Shown here piece after piece: positions 27,666 through 39,373 of a stretch of DNA of 64,000 bases. The notes beneath the pieces are model-generated. The model was not told the DNA's origin. It worked only from the letters and a program-made list of their open reading frames with translations, and did no database searches. This DNA is from Negaprion brevirostris (taxonomy: Eukaryota), in contig JARDVH010000143.1 in the NCBI GenBank assembly GCA_030324005.1, positions 40,161,470 through 40,225,469 on the forward strand. The letters run 5' to 3'. A program made the translations under genes and the position numbers. Each line of letters opens with the position of its first letter. Positions within the stretch are counted from its first letter, which is position 1.

Positions 27666-27813
27666 GTAAGGCGTCAACAAAATAAAATATTTGTTAAATG
27701 TAATGTTATCCCTGAATCACTAATGATTGTTCTGTACTTTTCTCAATTCTCTTTCACCTGCAGATTTTCATCTCCCCCACTCACCCTCAATGCACACATG
27801 CACAGATTTTGTT

Positions 27814-27913
27814 CATAAGAACATAAGAAATAGGAACAGGAGTAGGCCATGTAGCCCTTCGAGCTTGCCCCGCCATTCAATAAGATCATGGCTGATCTGT
27901 CGTGGCTCAGTTC
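27814..27913 (-). mobile_element. Young LINE 3' tail
   Basis: Same ~75-100-bp tail as the other five copies; abuts a gap. Confidence 0.8.
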
Positions 27914-28164
27914 NNNNNNNNNNNNNNNNNNNNNNNNNNNNNNNNNNNNNNNNNNNNNNNNNNNTTAAACTGGTCACTCCACAATTTTAAATCAATATTG
28001 TTGACCATTACAGTCTTGTATTATAATTGTCTTGCATGTTGCTAAAGCCACAGTTCCTTCTGGAACCAACAGCAATAACTATTACATTGACACTTTTAAT
28101 GATTTACATGACCAGCTGCAAATAAAAATTAACTCGGAGGCTTGATTTTTATTTTCTAAAATAG

Positions 28165-28412
28165 GTAACCTTGTGATTGAAAACAAGCCGAACCCTCCAG
28201 GTTACACTCCCAATGTGGTTATTGGGCATGGTTCCCAAGGCCAGGGACCATCTGGGGGGAAACCTCAGGGTCAGATTAATCTTGCACAGCTGCGCCTGCA
28301 GCACATGCAACAGCAGTTTGCACAGAAGCAGCAGCAGATGCAACAGATGCGGATGAGTCACCCAGTAGGACAGCACCCCAGGACTACAGGGCCACAGATG
28401 GTCCAGCAGCAG
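28165..28412 (+). CDS. TRIM33: TRIM33 coding exon (Q-rich middle region): NLVIENKPNPPGYTPNVVIG...GQINLAQLRLQHMQQQFAQKQQQMQQMRM...QMVQQQ
   Basis: aaatag acceptor, CAG|gtacac donor, 248 nt, phase 1 to 0; PGYTPNVV and GQINLAQLRLQHMQQQ motifs. Confidence 0.94.
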
Positions 28413-28449
28413 GTACACTGTATGTCATATTACTGAAATGAAGTCCATC

Positions 28450-30260
28450 CTTTCCTCTTGATAGGAGAGAGAACGTATGAGGGGTGTAGGGAGGATTTTA
28501 AACTAAATAGTTGGGAGAGGGTGTGAGGGAAGATGGGATAAATTAGAGGAAAAGGATAAAGCAAGAGAACGGTAGCAATAAGGGTAATGACAATGAGAAA
28601 TGGCAAGAAAAGACAGCATTCAAAATTAAGAATGTGGCAGTAACTAAGACCAGAGTTAGCAAAAGTAGAGATATAACAGAACTAAAGGCTCTGTACATGA
28701 CTGCATATAGCATTCATAACATAGCTGAATTGTCAGCTCAAATAGAAATAATGGGCGGGGTTTTTTGGCCGCCAGCTCACCAAAACTGGAAAATGCCACC
28801 TGAGGTCAACGGGCCTTTGTATGATGGCCACCCCTGCCTTCCCACACGGTGGGCAGGACAGAAAAATTCTCACCAATATGTTTGACCTAGTGACCCTTAC
28901 AGAAGCGTGACTACTAGGTGGCCACTGCTGGTATCTGAATATTAAATATTTGAGAAAATGTGATACTTTGGAAAGACAGAAGCCGAAGAAAGGGTGATGG
29001 TATTGCTCTGTTAATTAAGGATAACATTAGCACAATAGGACTGATGATCTTATTTCTGAGGGTCAGTTGCAGAGAAATGGCAAAGGGGAGAAAGTCAGTT
29101 TTGGGATAACTTATAGATGTCCTATAGCGCAGTAGGGCAGAATATGTAGAAATAAATAATGGGTGTTTATGAGAAAGGTGCATTGATAATCATAGGTGAT
29201 TTTAACTTCATACAAATGGGATGACTCAGATCAGCAAGGGTAGCCTGGAAAGAGAGTTTGTACAACATTTTCAGGACAATTTTTTACAACTGCACATTCT
29301 AGAGCCAGCCAGAGGAGATTATTTTAGACATGGTAGTTGCAATTAGGCAGCATTGATTAATAACCTCATTGTACTGGAACCTCTAGGTAGCAGAGATCAT
29401 AACGTGATTGCATATTGTATTCAGTTTGAGAAAGAGTAGAGTGTGCCTAAGATTAGTTTTGTCAACTTGTATAAAGGCAGTCAGAAGTGTATGAAGACAG
29501 TTGGCTAAATGAACTGGGAGAATAGGATAAGGGGTGTGTCAGTCAAAATGTAGTGGCAAACATTTAGGGAGATATTCATGTTCAGCAAAGATGCATTCTA
29601 GTGAGAAAACAAGACCCTCTGAAATAGATGCACCATCTGTAGCTAACTAAGGAAGTTAAAGATGGCATCAAATTGAAATGACAAAGAAGTTGATAAAGAA
29701 GGGTAGGAGAAACTATGAAGCTGGGCTAGCGCTTAATATAAAAAAGGGTAGCAAGNNNNNNNNNNNNNNNNNNNNNNNNNNNNNNNNNNNNNNNNNNNNN
29801 NNNNNNNNNNNNNNNNNNNNNNNNNNNNNNNNNNNNNNNNNNNNNNNNNNNNNNNTGATCTTATTGAATGGCGGGGTAGGCTCGAAGGGCTAGATGGCCT
29901 ACTCCTGCTCCTATTTCTTATGTTCTTATGAAAGATAAACTGTACAATTCTATAAAGATTAGTGGTCGGTCAGAAAATTGGTCAGAATTTAAGATCCAGC
30001 AAAGACTGACCAAAAAGAGGAGAAATTAGAATATGAAAGAAAGATAGCTGGAAATATTAAATAGATAGGTAAGTGTTTTTGACAATTTTAAAAAAGAATA
30101 AACAGTGACCGTGAGTCCCAGCAAGACAGCATCTGGAATGAAGAATGGAAAGAAAGAAAATGGCAGATAGGCAGGAAAGTGGAATTGATGTCACATTTGG
30201 GTCAATTCTGATCTTATTGCAAACCTGGCTCAAGGGACTTAGTGGTCTACTTCTGCTTGG
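28450..30260 (+). mobile_element. Old CR1-type LINE (endonuclease region) with a nested MITE (28753-28874) and a nested young LINE (about 29678-29930)
   Basis: APE-like remnants LKALYM.A.SI.N.., IIGDFNF (ataatcataggtgattttaactt), LGSRDHN (ctaggtagcagagatcataac). Confidence 0.75.
28753..28874. mobile_element. MITE-like non-autonomous DNA transposon
   Basis: Degenerate TIRs gggcggggtttttt / aaaaattctcacc; flanked by aat on both sides; interrupts a LINE coding remnant. Confidence 0.55.
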
Positions 30261-30880
30261 TTCACAGGCATAACAAACAATAATGATTATGTCCTTAGCT
30301 TTTTAACTTGGTCATTTTCCCGAGCTCAAATAATCTGGTTGCTGCACCCTTTGAATAAGTAAAATAATTTTGGGATAGAGTGAGAAAAGACTATCTGAGC
30401 ATTCCAACTTTTGGAAGTCTAGATGATTGGCCAAAATTGTATAAAATAATTTTTAAATACAATGATTTAGTATTTTTGAAACCACATTGCCTCCCATTGA
30501 AAGAATTTACTGTGTGGTTATGGCACACAGCCAAATTTTAGAGACCTTGAGTTCCATATAGCTGGAAAGCAGATCATTGTATTTTAAGTATGGCATAGTT
30601 TCTCTGCTTTTCCACCTCCATGCCACTTAATCAACATCATTAATGCTGGCATTTACTTCTCACCCAAGTCAAAGAAGTTTATACCTATACTAAATCTAAA
30701 TGAGAAATTTCTGAAGCTGACTGCAATGCTGTTTTGAACCCTGCACAAGTTGATTTATGTTATCNNNNNNNNNNNNNNNNNNNNNNNNNNNNNNNNNNNN
30801 NNNNNNNNNNNNNNNNNNNNNNNNNNNNNNNNNNNNNNNNNNNNNNNNNNNNNNNNNNNNNNNNTATGTTATCTTTTTAG

Positions 30881-31060
30881 CCTCCACGTTTGATTAGCAT
30901 GCAAGCCATGCCTAGAGGAAATTTGAATGGGGCTGCACTTCAGGCCCACCAGGCTCATCAAGCCCATCAGATGAGAATGGCACAAAATGCTGCTCGCATG
31001 GCTGGAATGTCTCGACACAATGGACATCAGTACCCAATGATGCCTCAGATACCACGACAG
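30881..31060 (+). CDS. TRIM33: TRIM33 coding exon: PPRLISMQAMPRGNLNGAALQAHQAHQAHQMRMAQNAARMAGMSRHNGHQYPMMPQIPRQ
   Basis: ctttttag acceptor, CAG|gtaaca donor, 180 nt, phase 0-0; PPRLIS and AHQMRxAQNAAR motifs. Confidence 0.93.
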
Positions 31061-31329
31061 GTAACATGGTCTCCCTCAAAGATTCACAACTTCCTGGTAA
31101 TAAAGATCACCTTGGATATATTCCTTTTATTTTTTCTCCCCCAATTGAATGGTCATAAAATAGATTAAAATTACGAATGTCGCCATTCTTTTAGTGATCA
31201 GGAGTTATTTTAAAATCAACACTTTGAAGTTTGGTTTTTTTTTGCTGACTGACTTTTAGATCATTTCCAGGTCGGCCATCATGCACGGATGGAAACTAAA
31301 GATCTGTTTTTCCCATTTGCTAGGTGTTT

Positions 31330-31680
31330 AGGTGGCAACCATTGCTCAGTGGTAGCACTGTTGCTGTAATCAAATTTAAGGGTTCTGAACCCATCACTGA
31401 GCTTTGAGCACATACCCTAGGACTGATACTTCTGTATGGTATAAAGGGTAATGCTGCATTACATGGCACCTTTAGGCTGCTCTTGCCCATTCGGGTGCAC
31501 ATGTGAAGATCCCAAGGCAATGTTTGAAAGAGTTCCCTTAGTGTCCTGACTGACATTTGTCCTTAAACAAAACCCAAAACATAGAAACTTGATTAGTCGC
31601 ACCGTAGCTGTCTGTGGGAGCTTGCAATGTGCATATTGAGTGCAGTGTTTCCTACATTGCAGCAGTGCCTAGTTAGTTGC
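31330..31680 (+). mobile_element. Deu-type tRNA-SINE
   Basis: tgctcagtggtagcac head, tgagcacata..ctagg.ctga.acttc, gtgaagatcccaaggca..gtttgaa core; similar to 58285-58665. Confidence 0.6.
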
Positions 31681-32221
31681 CAGCAAAGCCATTTGTGAAA
31701 TTTCAAGGATTAGGGAGGGAAGCGCTGAGTGAGGTCAGAGGAGGTACCAAGAGAGGGGGTCAGAGTGGCCACTGAAATCTTGGAAGTTTTATTCTAATTT
31801 TTTTTGTGGAGTAGATTTAAATCTAAAACCCTAGAATTTTGCAGATTTACTTTTGATCCTTTTTCTACCCACTGGCTGAAATTTTATTGGTCCAATTCCA
31901 AGGCAGCTGAAACTCGCAGAACGAAAATCTCCATTGGCCTTGAATGGGATTTTATGACCTCACCCGCGCAAGGTTGTAAAATCCCACCCACTCTCTTTGT
32001 AGTATTGTTTTGAAGCCAATTTGTTTTGGTCCATGTCCACTAAATTTTTTTTAAATTGAATTGAAATTTGCAATTTATAGAATGGCAGATTGGTTCCACT
32101 TTTTGTTTCGGATATTCTTGCTGGAAAACATCTTGCCAACCCACGTGAATGGGTAGAGGGAATTTTTACTGTTTCATCTAATATCAAACTAAAATGTGTC
32201 ACCTGTTTTGTTTCTTGACAG

Positions 32222-32422
32222 CATGCAAATCCTGGGCACACAGGACCATTTTCTGCAGCCTCGGTGCACAATAGCATTCCAAATCCAACCAGTCCCACCA
32301 CAGCTAGTTTGGCTGGTGCAAACCGTGGACCCACCAGTCCCACAGTTGCCACAATAGAACTGATTCCTTCTGTTACTAACCCAGAGAACCTTCCTCCGCT
32401 TCCAGATATCCCACCCATTCAG
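32222..32422 (+). CDS. TRIM33: TRIM33 coding exon: HANPGHTGPFSAASVHNSIPNPTSPTTASLAGANRGPTSPTVATIELIPSVTNPENLPPLPDIPPIQ
   Basis: ttcttgacag acceptor, CAG|gtgagt donor, 201 nt; IELIPSVTNPENLPxLPDIPPIQ motif. Confidence 0.95.
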
Positions 32423-33762
32423 GTGAGTATCGTGAGGTTTCTGTTGAATAGATTGTTCCTTTTGCCTTGTCAGTTAATAAAATGCTACAGATGATGAGTA
32501 GCCACTGTCATTTGTCAAATGCTAATTAAGTTCTGAATTTGAATAAAATAAATTTCAGCAACATATGCCGTTAAGTAAGCAATAGATGGTAACCGAGTGC
32601 CAGTCTTTATTTTAATTGTAAACCTGTTAGACTGAAATGTGACATGATTTCAAGATAGTCTATTGAGGGGCAACATTCCCATGTTAACAACCCCTCAGCC
32701 CAGTATTTTAATGTCGCCTATGAGCAATCAAAATTCAAAATATCTGCCTCCTGATTACATCTAACCCTTCCAGCCAGATAATCTGCATGTCTATGGAAAT
32801 ATTCCTGCAATAATTTGAAGGTCTATTCATGTGCAGTAAATGTTTGAGTCCGCTGAAAGGATTTGTATTTTCGGCCAAGAATAATTGCATCTACGATATA
32901 GACAGTAATTGTGTGCAGTTTCAAAAGTGTGCACCACAAAAACAAATCTTCTGGCTCAATTTTTATGATGAGTTTATGCTCCACATGAGCTTCCTCTGAT
33001 TTGACTTCATGTAACCCTATCAGCATGAACTTCTATTCTTTTTGCCCCTCATATATTGTCTCTTCCTCCACCAACACCAAACTAACCTGTTATTTGCCTC
33101 AACTGCTCTGGTTCCACATTCTTGCTGCCCTTTAGATCGGGGTTACTCCTGAATTTCCTGTTGGATTTAATAGTAGCTTTCTTATATTTATGCACTCTGG
33201 TTTTGGACTTGGTTCAAATGAAACTTTTCTCCAAGTGCCCAATCAAACTATTTCAATGTCTTAAATGCCTCTATTGGGTCACCTGTCCACCTTCTCTTTG
33301 GAGTAAAGAGCCTTAGCCTGCTCAGCCTTTCCTAATAAATACAGGCTTTCCCTCTACTATCATTCATGTTATTCTTTATTGTACCTACTCAAATTCCTCC
33401 TCTATCGATTTCATAATGGGGAGACCAGAAATATGGGCACTCGAGTATATTTTTAAACTAGACCTGATAACTGCTGTATCTTATTTTTACTTGAGTTCTG
33501 ATCTAGCGCTTAACAAATTTATATTTGTATTCTAAATATTGACGTCCAACTATAGAATATCCACTACCCTTAGTTGATATGTGTCATCTGCCTAGTTTAA
33601 TTTAATCTCAACAGGAAGAGGGATTACACAAGCCAATTGTGTTAAAACAAAAAAAAACACTTTAGCCTAGTCACCCCTCCATTCCATAAGGCTTGTGGCT
33701 TGATTTTAACTGTTCTCCAAAAAAGCTGTTCCTTTGCATATTACCTTTGATTCTGTCTGCAG

Positions 33763-33910
33763 CTGGATGATGCTGGATCAAGTACATTAGATAATTTGTT
33801 GAGCAGATTTATCTCGGACAGTCACCACCAGCCGCCACCACTGCCACCACCCTCTTCCTCTGGTTCAAACCCATCCCCTGGACCCTCAGCGCCGTCCCCT
33901 GGACCAGCAA
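33763..33910 (+). CDS. TRIM33: TRIM33 coding exon: LDDAGSSTLDNLLSRFISDSHHQPPPLPPPSSSGSNPSPGPSAPSPGPA
   Basis: tctgtctgcag acceptor, CAA|gtaagc donor, 148 nt; DAGSSxLDNLLSR and NPSPGPSA motifs. Not in the ORF track. Confidence 0.93.
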
Positions 33911-34878
33911 GTAAGCAAATGCATTGTGCTGTGAATAACCATACAAATATATTGATATAACAGAAAGCTAGATTCTTATAAATTTGGCCAGTAAGTGCAA
34001 TCTAATATTTTTATGGCACTAATTTTGTACAATTCTATGAACTATTTCTCATGGAACTCCTACCTGCAATGAAATGTACTGCCTGAAAGGACTTTTGAGG
34101 CAAATTGGGTGTATACTTGAGTGGAAAAAAGGGCTATGAGGAAAGAGTTGGGAAGTGGGACGTTTTAGATATTTCTACTCTGGGCATGATGGGCCAAATA
34201 GCTCCTGGTATTCTGTGATTGTGTAACCTCCAGAATGCTTGTTATGACCCCAGAAATAATATCTATTTTTGGAAGGGACCACTGAATCTCTTGGGTGCAC
34301 GTTGTTAAAAGCTGAAAGGTTGCAATAGTTTGAATGACGTTATGCTCAGATAAAAATCAGGCATACTGTTGATGTGTTTGTTGGAGGAGATTCTCCTCAT
34401 TGTGGCTTTGGCCCCTTTATGGAGAAGGGTTTTTAAGATGGAATTTCATGTTTCTGATGTGCTGGAACTCCATAGTGTAATTACAAAGGGATTGAGTTTT
34501 TAAGAAATTGGTAATTTTCTGAGTAATGTTTCATTTTTGTTTAAGTTCTGAATGACGTTGTAATAATTCTAACTTTTTTCTTTGTTGAAAATTTTACTGT
34601 ATTTAAAGCAGATTGTGGTATATATCTCCCAATTTGTCAGAAACACTAATACAAGAAATTCATGCAAAATTCAATTGGTGGTTTTTCATTATGTATTAGT
34701 AACATTTGGATGTCTGCCTTCAAGAGTTGTCCACCAGAATTGGTTCTGCTGACACTCTTGTGTTTTTCTTGTGTTACAGGGATCAGTTGCACTGTTAACT
34801 GGCCCAGCATGCGCCAGCTTCCTAATTGCTGAATTAATCTCATTCCTTCCCTTCAAAGTCCCACAACAATTAAGTCTT

Positions 34879-35054
34879 GCAGAAAATGCTGAAAAATCTC
34901 AGCAGGTCTGACAGCACCTGTAACGTTTCAGGCCTGGATGACCCTTCGTCAGAATTCTGTCAAAGGGTCATCCAGACTCTGGGTTGGCTCAATACTCCCT
35001 CCACAGATGCTGTCAGACCTGCTGAGATTTTCCAGCATCCAATATTTTCTCTTT
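34879..35054. mobile_element. Palindromic Penelope-like remnant with a hammerhead core and 14-bp TSD
   Basis: Inverted arms centred on cagaattctg; minus strand reads CTGACGA-A-GGGTC-ATCCA-GGCCT-GAAA-CGTT; flanked by aacaattaa(g/c)tctt. Confidence 0.7.
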
Positions 35055-36402
35055 AACAATTAACTCTTATTGTACAAGTAAAAGTAGCAAGTATTGTACA
35101 TGAAAAGGTTGGTGACAGTTTAGAACATTCAGTAACTACTATCCTCCATGACAGCACAACTGCTCAAGGTCTCAGCACTGTCTCCTGTGTCTAGATTGTA
35201 GTTGTGACCGAAAAAAAAACTTTGTGGTCACTATTTGTACAAGGCCTGTTTTGAAGTTACTTGACTGTCAAAGCATTGCTCTGCAAAGTCTGCACAGGGT
35301 AATTCGATTCTGATGGCCTCACCTGTGTGGCAGAAATTAGTAAATTACACAACATAACTTTCAAGCTCCAAGTTAGAGTAACTACGTTCCCCAAAGATAC
35401 ACTGGGACATCCCCAATCCAACTCCCGAAAAGTTTTAAGTTGAGGTTTGCACGGCCATTGCCGAAGAAATACAAAATTATGATGGGAAATTGCCTGCACT
35501 AGGAACCATCTAAAAATCTCAAACTTCAGACGGTGATCTCCATCCATCCATCCATCCCCTCCCCCGCCTTTCAGTTCTTGGCGAATTACATAACTTCAGA
35601 TCAGTCATGTGGGTTTGATTAGATGTTTTATTGAGCACTGGTAACAAATTGTTTCAAAACTGCTGCTACTGGATATTTAAAATTACTTGTGTGGGAGTTA
35701 CTTTAGTACTTAGCACATGCTTTACCCTCAACCAATATTCATACTTCATTCAATGTTTTGATTCAAAAATTATTTCTTCTACTCAGCATTTTGTGTCTAA
35801 AAGCAGAGTTTACCATTGTGGATGTTGAAAGGGTTAACTGTAATGGGCTGTATACACTGGGCCAGAGAAAAATTACATCAGCCTTTTATCCTTTAGGGCA
35901 ACTACTTGTTTGGAAGGTGATGTAGACTGCACCTAGATTATGGGTATTGAAATTAAATCTTGTTCAAGGACAACAAATGATATTTGGCTGAATTTCATAT
36001 TAATGACACTGATGCTTGTAATATTTCTACTCACCTACTGTAACACGTGCCTTCAGTAAAATTATTTTTAAACACACTTTTTTATTGAATTTTTGGTATT
36101 CTAGAGAATGTTCATCATTTCTTGAAACTGCAGGGCAGACATGCCCCTTACAGTTCATGGTCAAAATCTAAAAGCTTATACGCAATAGCAGAACTAATGT
36201 GTCAGGATTCATAGAGTTGAAGTTCATATTTGGTTAATGCAGTACACCAAAGCGATCTTAGAGTCCTTGATAGGCTTGGGATTTAGGGTACTGGAGGCAT
36301 AATTCCCTGATTTTCCCACAGGCTATCCATACAGCACATTGTAATTTCAATAAGTTAATATATACAGACAAACCTAGCAACAATATCTAATATATTTTTC
36401 AG

Positions 36403-36478
36403 TTGCAGCCTTGGCAATGGCTAACTCTCACACTCCAGTCAGACCCTCAAGTACCTCCAGTACTGGTAGCAGAGGCAG
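36403..36478 (+). CDS. TRIM33: TRIM33 short coding exon: (I)AALAMANSHTPVRPSSTSSTGSRG(S); alternative in-frame start at 36409
   Basis: atttttcag acceptor (second CAG 6 nt downstream), CAG|gtaagt donor, phase 1 to 2; NSHTPVRPxSTSSTGSRGS motif. Confidence 0.9.
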
Positions 36479-38262
36479 GTAAGTGCTTTATAGGTGTAAA
36501 ACTTTAATAGCTTACTTAGACAGGAATTATGCTGACTTTGCTGTGAAGTTGTTTTGATTGTGTTGCCAAAAAAACTTGTGTGATTTTGGAGTTTCATCAT
36601 TTCATCACATTTTCTTGCATTGCTTTGGAGTAACACTGTACTGTAGCTTTAGGCCACTGCAAGTAACGTGTGAAAAGTTTCCAGAATGCATAGGGTCTCC
36701 TAGGAAACTTTTCTTAAATTTACTTTGGAATTTTTTTTGTTATAAGGAAGTAAATGATGCTGTCTTTATGCTCAAATTAACAACCCAGGAGCAGAACTCA
36801 GCAAGCCTGGTGTTCTTGTATTGTAGTTCTGTGTATGCTAAATATAAGATGCAACCACTTTGTGCTTAGTATATGTAGTATAACAGCAAGCTGCAAAATA
36901 GTTCAAATCCAGTATTGTATCATACAACTTTTCTGGTTCCATAGAAACTAGAAGCAGGAGTAGGCCATTTAGCCCTTCAAGCCTTCAAATTTAATATCCT
37001 GATCTATCTCTCTCTATTCCTTCATTCCTCCCTCCCCCTCCCCAAATCTTGAGCTCCGTTTCCTCTTTCAGGAATCCAAATTGAGATTTTCTTAACAGTT
37101 ACATTTTGGTTTTCAGAGCTCCTTTTTCATCCTCACTAACTATTATTGAACGCAGTCTCATAGTAACATAACATTTCATTTTTGTGAATTTGAAGGTTTC
37201 ACTCTTTAGATAGATATGGTAGCGCAGCTGCTAGAGAGTATGTGAATGATATTAAATTGTTTAAATTGGAATACAGTATTTCGATTTAGTATAGATGAAT
37301 GCTTTACCCTTTTGCAATTGCACAAGATTGTGCGTAAAATACTCGGACAGTTTTGTCTTCTTGCTCTGTATTGGCGTTGCCCTGTCAGGTATCAGCCCAC
37401 AATTGTTGGACTTTATAACGTGACAATGCTGTGTCTTTAAGAAATGTATTTATGTTACGGTGTTTGTAAGGGGCATATTTAAGATTCAGCTCTGTTTTCA
37501 CGGTGCCGATTTGTCTGCACCGGGCAGCTCACATCTGGGAATGCAGACTAATTGATTTTTAGCTAGGAGTAAGTAGTACTTCTCAAGCACATTGTATGGC
37601 TCAGAAGAGGCTTTCTGGATCTTAAATGGCCTACAGTAAATCCAAGGTGGATCAGGTTTTACGTTGCATAGTGATCGAAGCTTCCAAGGTACTCCAGTGC
37701 AGCTCGATAGCAGAACTGATACTGATCCTGCCGAGAGATAAGAGGAAATGAATTTCCAATAAGAGAGCTTTGAATACAGTAAATGGTGTAGCTGAATTTC
37801 AACTTTGATGTGAGTGAGTGCACTACAGTTCAACATGTGTGGACCGATGGACTGGGCTGGACTAAAAGCATTACAAGAATGTCATGCAATTCATGTTTTA
37901 TTGAAGGCAGCTTCCCCCACTATGGGACAAAACAGTTCTGCAAACATTAACCTTTGATATGAGATGAAATCCACCTCTATAGCTTTTCCTCATGCAGTTT
38001 ATCATCAGTGGTGAATAATTACATCTTAAAATGCTGTTGAACTTTAGGTCTGGCACTGTTCCGTTAAGCTTGAATACGGCAGCTGTCTGCACAGCACAGT
38101 TGAACTTTGCATGCATAAGTAAGTAATTCAATTTGCATTTTGACCAGAGCTCTGAAATAATCTGCGTACGCTATGCACTTGGATGGAATTTCTCTCTCCT
38201 ATTTTTGAGGTATTAAGAGGTAAACAGATTAATGCCTTATCTACAAAAGCAATGGGGAATAA

Positions 38263-38414
38263 GGGTGGGGTCTTCTGGCCCTGCTGAAGGCAATCCCCCG
38301 CCGCAGGTTCCCCGGTGGCGGGGCAGGTAAGCCGTGCGCAATGCCGTAGACCTCCTGTCGGTAGCTGCTTTCACTGCTGGTATACATGCTGTGGGGATTG
38401 GAAAATCCCAGCCC
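38263..38414. mobile_element. GC-rich MITE-like element
   Basis: gggtggggtcttct / ggaaaatcccagccc termini, flanked by taa and tag. Confidence 0.55.
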
Positions 38415-39211
38415 TAGGAATTAAGTGATACAAATACAGTCCCGGGTGTTTATCCAAATTCTATTGTACTTACATGTCATATCTTATCCTCATAAGGAAT
38501 AAAATGATCCCCAAGTATCGAGTGAGCATTTGACTAGGAGCGAGTCCACTTTCTATTGCAGAATCAACTTCTGAGGTGTTGTTCCACTTCTTTGCAGTGT
38601 GACAGCTTGTTGCCGAGATCATGGGAATAGCGGTTGTGATGCAAAGGCAGCAATTGGGAAGCATGAAATTAGGAAATCTACCTTCAAATTCTGAGGGATG
38701 GGCAACTGAGATTTCCAGCTTATGGATAGTTTGTTTTAAGCTGCTCTAGAAGTTTAAGATCTACAGGCGTCCAATGAATTTGAAGGTAATTAGGATCAAA
38801 GGACCAATGTTTTCAGCCACCAATAACCACTGTGCTATGTCAGTGTCTTTTTTTGTTTGTCTTTTATGACTCAGAATCACATATGCTTTGGTATATTGGG
38901 GGTGAACTTACCAAAAAAACGTTAAGTGCCGAATGAGCATGAAAATGAGAGTTTCAGATCTGTTTTTTCAGCAATGGCGCCAATGAAATCTTATGGTACT
39001 TAGTACAAAAAAAGATACACAATCTGATTCCCACCAGCAGGGGGAATGGACAGGGCCCAAGCTCACCAGAAAGGTGGCTGCTCATGCTAGATAGCATAAT
39101 CGTGCATGCACAGATCTCTCTATTCTGTTGATCGACCCGTATTGGGGCCGGTTGATCGAACCCTCCCAGTCAATCGCTACCTCGGTCAATCCCCGGTGAC
39201 AGAGTGTGCAG

Positions 39212-39273
<62 letters not shown>

Positions 39274-39373
39274 NNNNNNNNNNNNNNNNNNNNNNNNNNN
39301 NNNNNNNNNNNNNNNNNNNNNNNNNNNNNNNNNNNNNNNNNNNNNNNNNNNNNNNNNNNNNNNNNNNNNNNNN

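Noticed and set aside
31960-32418. 152-aa antisense ORF (also 28149-28418, 45672-45949, 48514-48927)
   Set aside because: Antisense shadows of real TRIM33 exons with no independent evidence.
32492-32537. C/D box snoRNA-like ATGATGA...CTGA
   Set aside because: Only about 45 nt between boxes and no terminal stem; expected by chance.
37558-37574. Possible 6-nt microexon ttttag|ctagga|gtaagt
   Set aside because: Would place a TAG stop in frame after the phase-2 exon, has a very short pyrimidine tract, and has no other support.
39212-39273. 62-nt poly-G run / poly-Gly ORFs / G-quadruplex
   Set aside because: Runs straight into a 100-N gap; typical of a two-colour sequencing or contig-end artefact, so its length is unreliable.
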